Origin: Candidatus Multivoradales bacterium
GTDB lineage: Bacteria > Acidobacteriota > Thermoanaerobaculia > Multivoradales > JAHEKO01
Assembly: GCA_965223155.1 (NCBI GenBank)
Contig: CBDCVR010000014.1
Span: forward strand, 480,001-544,000
Length of the DNA: 64,000 nt
Reading direction: 5' to 3'
Shown: positions 10,684 through 19,117 of the stretch, piece by piece
How the letters are laid out: every line of letters begins with the position of its first letter
How positions within the stretch are numbered: position 1 is the stretch's first letter
Notes under the pieces: model-generated
Databases searched by the model: none
Seen by the model: the letters and a program-made list of their open reading frames with translations, nothing else
What the model was told of the DNA's origin: nothing
Translations under genes and position numbers: made by a program

Positions 10684-11085
10684 ATGAAAAAGACTTTCTT
10701 GCAGATGCTTGGCCTCGCGGTGCTTCTGACGCTGCCTTTGGTGGCCTGCAACGCGGCCCAGGATGCGGCCGAAGGCACCGGCGAAGCCGTCAACGAGGGT
10801 CTGGACGCGGCGGGCGACATGGCCGAAGCGACCGGTGAAGCCGTCGGTGAGGGCATCGAAGCGGCCGGCGACATGGCCGAAGCGGCCGGTGAAGCCGTCG
10901 GCGACGCGGTGGAAGCCGGAGTCGACGCGGCCGGCGACGTGACCGAAGCCGGGCTGGAAGCGGTCGGCGACGCGGTCGAGACCGCCGGTGACATGGCCGA
11001 GACGGCCGGTGACAAGGTCAAGGAAGGCATGGACGCCGCGAGCGACGCGGTGGACGAAGCCACCGAAGACGGCGACGGCCGTTAG
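10684..11085 (+). CDS. Acidic Ala/Gly/Asp/Glu repeat lipoprotein
   Basis: AAGGAGG RBS. Lipobox LVAC. 18-aa repeats of AAGDMAEAxGEAVG. Confidence 0.8.
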   Translation: MKKTFLQMLGLAVLLTLPLVACNAAQDAAEGTGEAVNEGLDAAGDMAEATGEAVGEGIEAAGDMAEAAGEAVGDAVEAGVDAAGDVTEAGLEAVGDAVETAGDMAETAGDKVKEGMDAASDAVDEATEDGDGR

Positions 11086-11111
11086 GCCTCTCTTTCGGGC
11101 ATAGCCCACCT

Positions 11112-11145
11112 AAAAGCGCCTGCCGCTCGGCAGGCGCTTTTTTTT
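11112..11145 (+). terminator. Rho-independent terminator, probably bidirectional
   Basis: AAAAGCGCCTGCCG-ct-CGGCAGGCGC followed by T8. Confidence 0.92.
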
Positions 11146-11149
11146 ACTC

Positions 11150-11178
11150 TTGATTTACGCTTTGTTTTCGCTTAACGT
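11150..11178 (+). promoter_or_regulatory. Sigma70-type promoter with embedded candidate SOS operator, upstream of imuA
   Basis: TTGATT, 17 bp, TAACGT. The element carries TTACGC-tttgt-TTTCGC. A near-identical copy lies at 15748-15776. Confidence 0.75.
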
Positions 11179-11218
11179 CTGGGGCCCTTTCTAGCCTCTG
11201 TCGAACAGAACCGGCACC

Positions 11219-12007
11219 GTGACCACCGCACTCGCTCGCTTCCCCGAACTCCAACATCTCCAATCGCGTCGGCCGGCGGGTCAACTGGCTCATACCCGAC
11301 TGAGCCATATCCAACTGACCCGGGCCCAACTGACCCGGGCCGGCGAGTTGGCCGTCCGGAACGGCGAGCCGGATGCGGCCCCTCCTCCACTACCTACCGC
11401 CATCGAGCCCCTGGACCTGCAGCTCGGCGGCGGACTGCCTCACGGGCTGACCGAGCTCGTCGGCCGGGGCAGCAGTGGACGACTCTCCGCCGTGCTGTCC
11501 ACCGTCGCCGCGGTCACCCGGCAGGGAGCCACCGCCGCCTTGATCGACCTCGGAGACGGCCTGGACCCGGGCAACGCTCACGACCTCGGAGTGGATCTGA
11601 AACGGCTCTTGTGGCTTCGGCCCAAGCACTTGAAACCGGCCTTGGCCGCGGCCGAGATCGCCCTGCAAACGGGGTTTCTCCTGGTCGCCGTGGATCTGGG
11701 AGCCCCGCCTGTTCCCGGCGGCCGCGGTCCCGACTCCGCCTGGCTACGGCTGGCCCGAGCGGCCCGATCCCGGCGCAGCTCGATCTTGGTCTCGACTCCG
11801 TACCGGGTCAGCGGCACGGCGGCCACCACCGTCGTCGAAGCTCAGCGCACCACCGCCGGCTGGCGGTCCCGACCTCATCTGTCCGCCTTCCTCCAGACGC
11901 TCGAGTTTTCCTGGCTGCTGCAGAAACACCGTCATCACCTGGGCTGCGGCCGCAACGTCTCGTTCGCCAGGACCGTGCCCGAGGCCGACCTCGGATCCGT
12001 GGATTGA
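11219..12007 (+). CDS. imuA: ImuA-like (RecA/RadA-fold) mutasome accessory protein
   Basis: LDLQLGGGLPHGLTELVG, degenerate Walker A GRGSSGRLS, GVDLKRLLWLRP. First gene of the imuB/dnaE2 cassette. Confidence 0.82.
   Translation: MTTALARFPELQHLQSRRPAGQLAHTRLSHIQLTRAQLTRAGELAVRNGEPDAAPPPLPTAIEPLDLQLGGGLPHGLTELVGRGSSGRLSAVLSTVAAVTRQGATAALIDLGDGLDPGNAHDLGVDLKRLLWLRPKHLKPALAAAEIALQTGFLLVAVDLGAPPVPGGRGPDSAWLRLARAARSRRSSILVSTPYRVSGTAATTVVEAQRTTAGWRSRPHLSAFLQTLEFSWLLQKHRHHLGCGRNVSFARTVPEADLGSVD
11282..11341 (+). repeat. 4 x 15-bp degenerate tandem repeat in the imuA 5' region
   Basis: caactggctcatacc/cgactgagccatatc/caactgacccgggcc/caactgacccgggcc, encoding QLAHT RLSHI QLTRA QLTRA. Confidence 0.8.
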
Positions 12008-13584
12008 CCGCGAAGCGGCACCGGCGCCTGGCCTGCGTCTTCGTCCCTCTCTTCCCGCTCGCCGCCCGCATCCGCAGCGAACCGCAATTGCTCGGTGCCG
12101 CCGCCGCCGTCTTCGACGGTGACGACAGCACCGCCCGGCTGGTAGCGGCCACCCGCGAGGCGCGCCGGGCGGGGTTGCGTCCGGACATGAAGCGGTCCCA
12201 AGCCCGGACCCTGCTTCCCGATCTTCAGATTCGCGCCCACGATCCGGTCTGCGAGCACACCGCGCAGGCCGCCCTGCTAGAGGTCGCTTTCCGCTACTCA
12301 CCACGAGTCGAGGACGCCCATCCGGGGGTCCTCTATCTCGACCTGACCGGACTCGAGCGGCACTACCGCAACGACAAGCCCGGCGGTTCGTATAAGAGCT
12401 TGGAGCCGCGGGCGGTCGAGACCGAGATCGCTCGAGATCTGATCGCCGACGCCGATCTCCGCGCGGACGTGCCGGCATGGATCGGCGTGGCCTCGAGCAA
12501 GCTGGCGGCTCGAGTCGCCGCGGAACGGATGCCGACTCCTACGATCGTCGCCCCATCCGAAGAAGCCGCGTTCTTGGCTCCGCTGCCTCTCGATCGGCTG
12601 CGCCCCGAGGCCACGATTCTGGAGACTCTCTCGCGCTGGGGCATCTCCTCGATCGGCGATCTCGCCGCCCTGCCCGCCAACGCGGTGGCCAGCCGTCTAG
12701 GAGACGCCGGGCTCGAGCTCCACAAGCTCGCCCGCGGCGAGGACCGGCGTCCTCTGATACCCCGCCCACCGCCGGAGCTGTTTTGCGAAGGGCTGGAGCT
12801 GGACTGGCCGTTGGTGGCCCTGGAACCTTTCCTGTTCGTCGCCAAGGCCACCCTGGAACGGCTCTGCCGCCGCCTCGACACCCGAGGATTGGCCTCGATC
12901 CAGCTCGACCTGTCCCTACACCTCGAGCCCGGAGGATTTTGCGAGCGCTCGATCCGGCTGCCGGCGCCGAGCCGGGAGGTCAAAACGCTGCTGACCCTGG
13001 TCCGGCTGGAGCTGGAACGAGCACCGCCAAACGCTCCCATCACCGGGTTCACCTTCCAAGCCCATCCCGACCGGCCGCAGGCGACGCAATTAACCGTCTT
13101 CGGCCGGCCCACGCCGGCTCCGGAAACGCTCGCGACCAGCCTGGCCCGGCTCTTCGCCCTGCTTGGGCCGGGGGCCATGGGGAGCCCGGTGCCTCTCGAC
13201 AGCTTCCTCCCCGACCGGTTCGAGCTTGCCGCTTTCCGCCCCCCCGACCCGCCGGAGCTTGCTCCACCGCCGGACCCCACCAGGAACTTGCTGGCAGTGC
13301 GTAGCCTGCGTCCCCCGGTGGCGGTGTCGGTTCGAACCCGCAACGGTTTCCCGGTCTCTCTGGACACAGCCGGAGTTCCGCCGGCGGATCGGGGCCGGTC
13401 GCACCCTATGTGCGGCTCGGTCCGGGTCGCCTCGGGACCGTGGCATCTCGAAGAGAGGTGGTGGGAAGCGTCGAGCAGTTTGATTCGCGAATACTGGGAT
13501 GTCGAGCTCGAAGGCGGCACCTTGTACCGGATCTTCCTCGATGCCAAAGCCGAACGATGGTTCGTCGACGGTGTCTACGACTGA
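12004..13584 (+). CDS. imuB: ImuB, catalytically inactive Y-family polymerase
   Basis: The TTG start overlaps the imuA TGA. Y-family motifs YSPRVE, LYLDLTG, GVASSKLAARVAA. The catalytic Asp motif is replaced by ACVFVPLF. Typical C-terminus GPWHLEERWW..REYWDVEL..WFVDGVYD. Confidence 0.9.
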   Translation: MTAKRHRRLACVFVPLFPLAARIRSEPQLLGAAAAVFDGDDSTARLVAATREARRAGLRPDMKRSQARTLLPDLQIRAHDPVCEHTAQAALLEVAFRYSPRVEDAHPGVLYLDLTGLERHYRNDKPGGSYKSLEPRAVETEIARDLIADADLRADVPAWIGVASSKLAARVAAERMPTPTIVAPSEEAAFLAPLPLDRLRPEATILETLSRWGISSIGDLAALPANAVASRLGDAGLELHKLARGEDRRPLIPRPPPELFCEGLELDWPLVALEPFLFVAKATLERLCRRLDTRGLASIQLDLSLHLEPGGFCERSIRLPAPSREVKTLLTLVRLELERAPPNAPITGFTFQAHPDRPQATQLTVFGRPTPAPETLATSLARLFALLGPGAMGSPVPLDSFLPDRFELAAFRPPDPPELAPPPDPTRNLLAVRSLRPPVAVSVRTRNGFPVSLDTAGVPPADRGRSHPMCGSVRVASGPWHLEERWWEASSSLIREYWDVELEGGTLYRIFLDAKAERWFVDGVYD

Positions 13585-13602
13585 GCCCTGTTCCACAGCC
13601 CG

Positions 13603-15708
13603 GTGGCCGAACCCTTGCTACCATCCCGCGCCGTGACCGAACGGCCCGACACCGGCGATTCATCCGCTGATCCCAGGCAGCTTCTCGGTCTCGAGAAGGC
13701 GCTCGACACGATGCAGGTCGGGGTGACCATCACCGACGTTCACCGCAGAATCGTCTACGTCAACCGGGCCGAAGCGGAGTCGCACGGCTACTCCAAAGAC
13801 GATCTCCTCGGGCGGGACGCGGCGATCCTGGCTCCCGAGCCCCTACGCAAGCAGCCCATGCCGCCCGAGGCCTTGCGCAAGCTGCGCAGCTGGAAGCGTG
13901 TCAGCACCAACCTGCGCTCGGACGGCAGCACGTTCCCGGTCGAGATCCTCTCGGACGTGGCCGTGGACGCCGAAGGCGACCCGGTGGGAATCGTCACCAT
14001 CTCGCAGGACATCACCGAGCGCCTCGAGGCCGAGCGCGCTCTCCGGGAAAGCGAGGAGCGCTTCGCCCTCGCCGTCGCCGGCGCCAACGACGGCATCTGG
14101 GACTGGAACCTCGAAACCGAATCGATCTCGTTCTCCGAGCGCTGGAAGGGCCTGCTCGGCTTCGAGCCCGGCGAGATCCGAGACGTCCCCGACACCTGGT
14201 GGTCGCGGGTCCATCCCGAAGACCTGGAATGGCTGCGCCGCGAGCTGGACCAACACCTCGAGGGCGCCAGCCAGAACCTGCACAACGAGCACCGCATGCT
14301 CCATCGAGACGGCGACTACCGCTGGATGCTGGTGCGCGGAGCGGCGATCCGGGACCAGAACGGCAAGGCGACGCGCATCGCCGGCTCGCTCACCGACATC
14401 ACCGATCGCAAGGTGCACGACCCGCTCACCGGACTGCCCAACCGGGCTCTCTTCCTGGACCGGCTCAAGAACGCCCTCCATCGTGGCCGACGCAAGCTGG
14501 ACCGCCTGAACGCGGTCCTCTTTCTGGACCTGGACCGCTTCAAGGTGGTCAACGACAGCCTGGGTCATCCGGCGGGGGATCAGCTGCTCAAGAACGTCGC
14601 CTCGGTCTTGCGCGCAAGCCTGCGGCCTGGAGACACGGTGGCCCGCATCGGCGGCGACGAGTTCCTGATCCTGCTCGAGGACATCGAGAGCGCCGACGAG
14701 GCCGCGGCCATCGCCGAACGCATTCAAGCCGAGCTGCGCCAGCCGTTTCAGGTCGACGATGAGGAGCTCTTTACCACCGCCAGCATCGGCATCGCTTTGA
14801 GCGCCACCGGGCTCGAGCCACCCGAAAATCTCTTGCGCGACGCAGACACGGCCATGTACCAGGCCAAGGCCCGGGGTTCCGGACGCCACCGAATCTTCGA
14901 CCGCGACATGCGCAAGCGCGCGCTGGATCAACTTCGCATCGAGACCGATCTACGCCGGGCCCTCGAGCGCGACGAGTTCGTACTCCATTATCAGCCGATC
15001 TTGAGGCTCGCGACCGACGAGATCGACGGTTTCGAGGCCCTGATTCGCTGGCAGCATCCGGAGCGCGGCCTGCTGGCTCCGCGAGAGTTCATCGATGCCG
15101 CCGAAGAAACCGGCTTGATCCTGCCGATCGGCCGTTGGGTGCTGCGTACCGCCTGCCTGCAGATGGCGTCATGGCTGGCCGGTGGAGCGGAGCCCGGCTG
15201 GCGAATGAGTATCAACCTCTCGCCCAAGCAGTTTGGTCATCCGCGCCTGGTCCACGACATCCGGGAGACACTTGCCAGTGCCTCGCTGGCGCCCGAGAAC
15301 CTCCAGCTCGAGATCACCGAAGGCACGTTTATCGAGAATCTCGAGAACGCCGCCGCCATGATCGATTCGCTCCGGCACATGGGCATCCAGGTCGCGATCG
15401 ACGACTTCGGAACGGGCTATTCGTCTCTGGGGTACCTGGATCGCTTGCCGGTCGACATCTTGAAAATCGACCGATCCTTCGTCAGCAAGCTGGGCACGGT
15501 GGGCGGCAGAGGCGAGGTCGTACGCTCGGTGATGGGCATGGCCGAGAACCTCCACATCCGGGTGGTCGCCGAAGGCGTCGAGACGGAGCTCCAGAAGGTC
15601 CAGCTCGAAGAGCTTCAGTGCGATTTCATTCAGGGGTATCTGCACAGTCGGCCGCAACCGGCGGAAGCGATCGGCCGGCTGCTGGCGCAGCGGCGCGAGG
15701 ACGACTGA
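13603..15708 (+). CDS. PAS-PAS-GGDEF-EAL diguanylate cyclase/phosphodiesterase
   Basis: Two PAS/PAC domains, HDPLTGLPNR, I-site RPGD, GGDEF, FEALIRW, DDFGTGYSSL, EGVET, QGY. The start could be GTG 13603 or 13633. Confidence 0.95.
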   Translation: MAEPLLPSRAVTERPDTGDSSADPRQLLGLEKALDTMQVGVTITDVHRRIVYVNRAEAESHGYSKDDLLGRDAAILAPEPLRKQPMPPEALRKLRSWKRVSTNLRSDGSTFPVEILSDVAVDAEGDPVGIVTISQDITERLEAERALRESEERFALAVAGANDGIWDWNLETESISFSERWKGLLGFEPGEIRDVPDTWWSRVHPEDLEWLRRELDQHLEGASQNLHNEHRMLHRDGDYRWMLVRGAAIRDQNGKATRIAGSLTDITDRKVHDPLTGLPNRALFLDRLKNALHRGRRKLDRLNAVLFLDLDRFKVVNDSLGHPAGDQLLKNVASVLRASLRPGDTVARIGGDEFLILLEDIESADEAAAIAERIQAELRQPFQVDDEELFTTASIGIALSATGLEPPENLLRDADTAMYQAKARGSGRHRIFDRDMRKRALDQLRIETDLRRALERDEFVLHYQPILRLATDEIDGFEALIRWQHPERGLLAPREFIDAAEETGLILPIGRWVLRTACLQMASWLAGGAEPGWRMSINLSPKQFGHPRLVHDIRETLASASLAPENLQLEITEGTFIENLENAAAMIDSLRHMGIQVAIDDFGTGYSSLGYLDRLPVDILKIDRSFVSKLGTVGGRGEVVRSVMGMAENLHIRVVAEGVETELQKVQLEELQCDFIQGYLHSRPQPAEAIGRLLAQRREDD

Positions 15709-15747
15709 ACCGGACCGGCACCGCGAACTGTTCGAGCATCGAGCCTC

Positions 15748-15776
15748 TTGATTTACGCCTCAATTTCGCCTATTCT
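15748..15776 (+). promoter_or_regulatory. Sigma70-type promoter with embedded candidate SOS operator, upstream of dnaE2 (likely leaderless)
   Basis: TTGATT, 17 bp, TATTCT. The element carries TTACGC-ctcaa-TTTCGC. The ATG follows 6 nt after the -10 box. Confidence 0.75.
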
Positions 15777-15782
15777 CGCCTC

Positions 15783-18700
15783 ATGTCCCAGCGGGCCGGT
15801 GACGGGCGCACTTCGCGAGATTTCGGCTATAGCCTGGAGTGGCTCAAGACCTCCCCCGGCGCCCGCAAGGAACAGCTCAAGCAACGGCGGTTCCGGCCAC
15901 GCAGCGTTGCCGCGCGCGGCCCCCAGTACGTCGAGCTTCATACCGCGTCGGCGTTCTCGTTTCTCGAAGGCAGCTCCCTGCCCGAAGACCTGGTCGCCCG
16001 CGCCGCCGAGCTCGGCCTGGACGCGATGGCCCTGCTCGATCGCAACGGCCTCTACGGCGCTCCCCGCTTCTACCAGGCCGCCCGCAAGGCTGGCATCCGG
16101 GCCCTGGTCGGGGCCGAGGTCTCCTGCCGCATCGAAGGCACGGACCGGCTCGCTCCCGAGCACCTTCCGCGCCTGGCGCTCCTGGTCGCCAGTCGCGCCG
16201 GCTACCGCAACCTTTGCCGGCTCCTGACGGCAGCCGCGCGCGGCCGGCCCAAGGGCCAGTCCGCAGTTGATTGGAGCCTGCTCGAAGCGCACAGCGACGG
16301 GCTGCACTGCCTTGCCGGCGGCACCGGCTGCCTGCTGGCTCGGGCACTCGTAGCTTCCCCGGCATCGAGCGCCGACGCCGCCCCCCCGCAACTGGTCGAC
16401 CGGTTGGCGGGAATCTTCCCCGGCCGGCTTCACCTCGAGCTTCAGCGCCATGGGATCCGCCGCCAGGAAGCCAAGAACCACCTCCTGATCCAGCTCTCCG
16501 AGCGCTTCCGGCTGCCCCTGATCGCCACCAACGGCGTGCGCTATGCCGGCCGGCGCGACCGCGAGCTCTTCGATGTCCTGACCGCCTTGCGCCACCGCAC
16601 GACTCTCGACGAAGCCGGCCGCCTGCTGGCGGCCAACCGCGAGCGGCATCTCAAAGACGGCGCCTCGATGGCACGGCTCTTCGCCGACCAGCCGCGTGCC
16701 CTGCGGGCCACGACCCAGCTCGCCGAGCGCCTCGACTTCACCCTGCAAGACCTCGGATACCGCTTCCCCGACTACCCGCTGCCGCCCGGCGAGACTCCGA
16801 CATCGTATCTACGCCAGGTCACCTGGAACGAGGCTCGAAACCGCTTTCAACCGCTCACCGCGCGAGCGCGGGCCCAGATCGAGCACGAGCTGGCGATGAT
16901 CGAGCGGCTGGATCTGGCGGGCTACTTCCTGATCGTCTGGGACATCGTCCAATTTTGCAAGCACGAGCACATCCTGGTGCAGGGACGCGGCTCGGCCGCC
17001 AACAGCGCCGTTTGCTACGCGCTGTCGATCACGGCGGTCGATCCGGTCGGGATGGAGCTCCTCTTCGAGCGCTTCCTTTCCGAGGAGCGGGGGGAATGGC
17101 CGGACATCGATCTCGACCTGCCCTCGGGAGACCAGCGCGAGAAGGTCATCCAGTACGTCTACAACCGCTACGGGCCGCACGGCGCGGCGATGACCGCGAA
17201 CGTCATTACCTACCGCAACCGTTCGGCCGCCCGCGAGGTCGCCAAGGCGCTGGGGTTCTCTCTCGATCAGCAGAACCGGCTGTCCAAGCAGCTCGGTAGC
17301 TGGAGCTACGACCTCGTGCGGGGCGATCCCAAATCGATGGACGCTGAGCTCGGCGAGGCGGGCTTCGATCCGGACGCTCCACGGCTGCGCCACTTCGTCA
17401 GGATGTGGCAAAAGATCCACAACCTGCCCCGGCACCTGGGCCAGCATTCGGGCGGCATGGTCGTCGCGGCCGGACGGCTGGATGAGGTCGTCCCCCTGGA
17501 GCCGGCGGCGATGGAAGACCGCATCGTCGTCCAGTGGGACAAGGACGATTGCGCCGACCTGGGCATCATCAAGGTCGATCTGCTGGGACTGGGCATGCTC
17601 CAGGCCCTGGAAGAGGCCATCCCGATGATTCGCACCCATGAGCGCGTGGACGTCGATCTGGCCCACTTGCCTCCCGACGACCCCCAGACCTACGCCATGA
17701 TTCGCAAAGCCGACACCATCGGCGTCTTCCAGATCGAAAGCCGCGCGCAGATGGCCTCTCTGCCCAGAAACGCGCCCGAGCGCTTCTACGACCTCGTGAT
17801 CCAGGTCGCCATCATCCGCCCCGGCCCGATCGTGGGCGGCATGGTCCACCCGTACTTCGAGCGCCGGCTGAAACGCCAGCAAGTCAAGTATCTGCATCCT
17901 TGCCTCGAGCCGATCCTCAAGCGCACGCTAGGGGTGCCCATCTTCCAGGAGCAGATCCTGCGCATGGCCATGGACGCCGCCGGCTTTTCGGGAGGCGAAG
18001 CCGAAGAGCTGCGCCGAGCCATGGGATTCAAACGCTCCACCGAGCGCATGCACGCGATCGAAGAACGGCTCCGGCGGGGGATGAGCGAACGCGGCATCCT
18101 GGGTGATGCGCAGGATCAGATCACCCAATCCATCACCTCCTTTGCGCTCTACGGCTTCCCCGAGTCCCACGCCGCCAGCTTCGCCTTGTTGGCCTATGCC
18201 AGCGCCTACCTCAAATGCCATCACCCGGCCGCCTTCTACGCGTCCCTTCTGAACGCCTGGCCCATGGGCTTCTACCATCCCGCGACCCTGGTCAAGGACG
18301 CCCAGCGGCATGGCGTCTCCGTCTTTCCGGCCGACGTCAACCACTCGGGATGGCGTTGCCGCTGGGAGGCCGGCGGCATCCGGCTGGGGCTGCGCTTCCT
18401 TCGAGGTTTGCGTAAGAGCTCGGGGGCGGCCATCGAGACGGCCGCCGGAAGCTCCGCCTTCACCAGCGTTGCCGACCTGACGGGGCGGACATCGCTCCAG
18501 GAAGACGAGCTCGCCGTCCTGGCCGAAGGCGGCGCGCTCACCTCGCTCGGACTCAGCCGGCGCCAGGCGCTCTGGCAGGCCGCCTGGGACGCGAAACCTG
18601 GAACACCGCTCTTCGATTCCTTGCCGGGAGGCCCTACGGCAACGTCCCCGGCAGCGAGCCCACTACCCGAGATGTCGGCGATCGAAGAAACTCTCGCGGA

Positions 18701-19085
18701 CTACGAAGCCACCGGCATGACCACCGGCGCCCACCCGATGTCCTACTTGCGGGCCCGCTTGCGCCGAGACGGCGTCCTGCCCACGGGCACGATCCCTCGG
18801 GTTCCGGATGGCCGGCGGATTCGCACCGCCGGCACCGTCATCGTGCGCCAACGCCCCGGCACCGCCAAGGGCGTGCTCTTCATCACCCTCGAAGACGAGA
18901 CCGGCATGGTCCAGGCCATCGTCCGGCCCGAGCTCTTGCGCAAGTACCGCAAGACCCTGGTCGGCCATCCCGGCCTGATCGTGGAAGGCCGGGTCCAGCA
19001 CCGGGACGGCTCGCTCTCGATCCAGGGTGAGCGCTTCTGGCCCATTACGCACCTGGCCGAGACCCCGAGCCACGATTTCCGCTGA
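15783..19085 (+). CDS. dnaE2: Error-prone DNA polymerase III alpha subunit (ImuC)
   Basis: PHP start YVELHTASAFSFLEG, GRGSAANS, catalytic PDIDLD, GFPESHAASFA, OB fold RQRPGTAKG, DnaE2 tail SHDFR. Confidence 0.96.
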   Translation: MSQRAGDGRTSRDFGYSLEWLKTSPGARKEQLKQRRFRPRSVAARGPQYVELHTASAFSFLEGSSLPEDLVARAAELGLDAMALLDRNGLYGAPRFYQAARKAGIRALVGAEVSCRIEGTDRLAPEHLPRLALLVASRAGYRNLCRLLTAAARGRPKGQSAVDWSLLEAHSDGLHCLAGGTGCLLARALVASPASSADAAPPQLVDRLAGIFPGRLHLELQRHGIRRQEAKNHLLIQLSERFRLPLIATNGVRYAGRRDRELFDVLTALRHRTTLDEAGRLLAANRERHLKDGASMARLFADQPRALRATTQLAERLDFTLQDLGYRFPDYPLPPGETPTSYLRQVTWNEARNRFQPLTARARAQIEHELAMIERLDLAGYFLIVWDIVQFCKHEHILVQGRGSAANSAVCYALSITAVDPVGMELLFERFLSEERGEWPDIDLDLPSGDQREKVIQYVYNRYGPHGAAMTANVITYRNRSAAREVAKALGFSLDQQNRLSKQLGSWSYDLVRGDPKSMDAELGEAGFDPDAPRLRHFVRMWQKIHNLPRHLGQHSGGMVVAAGRLDEVVPLEPAAMEDRIVVQWDKDDCADLGIIKVDLLGLGMLQALEEAIPMIRTHERVDVDLAHLPPDDPQTYAMIRKADTIGVFQIESRAQMASLPRNAPERFYDLVIQVAIIRPGPIVGGMVHPYFERRLKRQQVKYLHPCLEPILKRTLGVPIFQEQILRMAMDAAGFSGGEAEELRRAMGFKRSTERMHAIEERLRRGMSERGILGDAQDQITQSITSFALYGFPESHAASFALLAYASAYLKCHHPAAFYASLLNAWPMGFYHPATLVKDAQRHGVSVFPADVNHSGWRCRWEAGGIRLGLRFLRGLRKSSGAAIETAAGSSAFTSVADLTGRTSLQEDELAVLAEGGALTSLGLSRRQALWQAAWDAKPGTPLFDSLPGGPTATSPAASPLPEMSAIEETLADYEATGMTTGAHPMSYLRARLRRDGVLPTGTIPRVPDGRRIRTAGTVIVRQRPGTAKGVLFITLEDETGMVQAIVRPELLRKYRKTLVGHPGLIVEGRVQHRDGSLSIQGERFWPITHLAETPSHDFR

Positions 19086-19117
19086 CTGGAAGTCTACGCT
19101 GGTTGTCGAGACAGGCT

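Noticed and set aside
15708-15722. 15-bp exact match AACCGGACCGGCACC with 61279-61293, both intergenic
   Set aside because: GC-rich 15-mers are expected to recur by chance in 64 kb of high-GC DNA, and the flanking genes share no evident function.
15724-15734. CGAAC-T-GTTCG palindrome as a Gram-positive-type LexA box before dnaE2
   Set aside because: The spacer is 1 bp rather than the required 4 (GAAC-N4-GTTC), and there is no equivalent before imuA.
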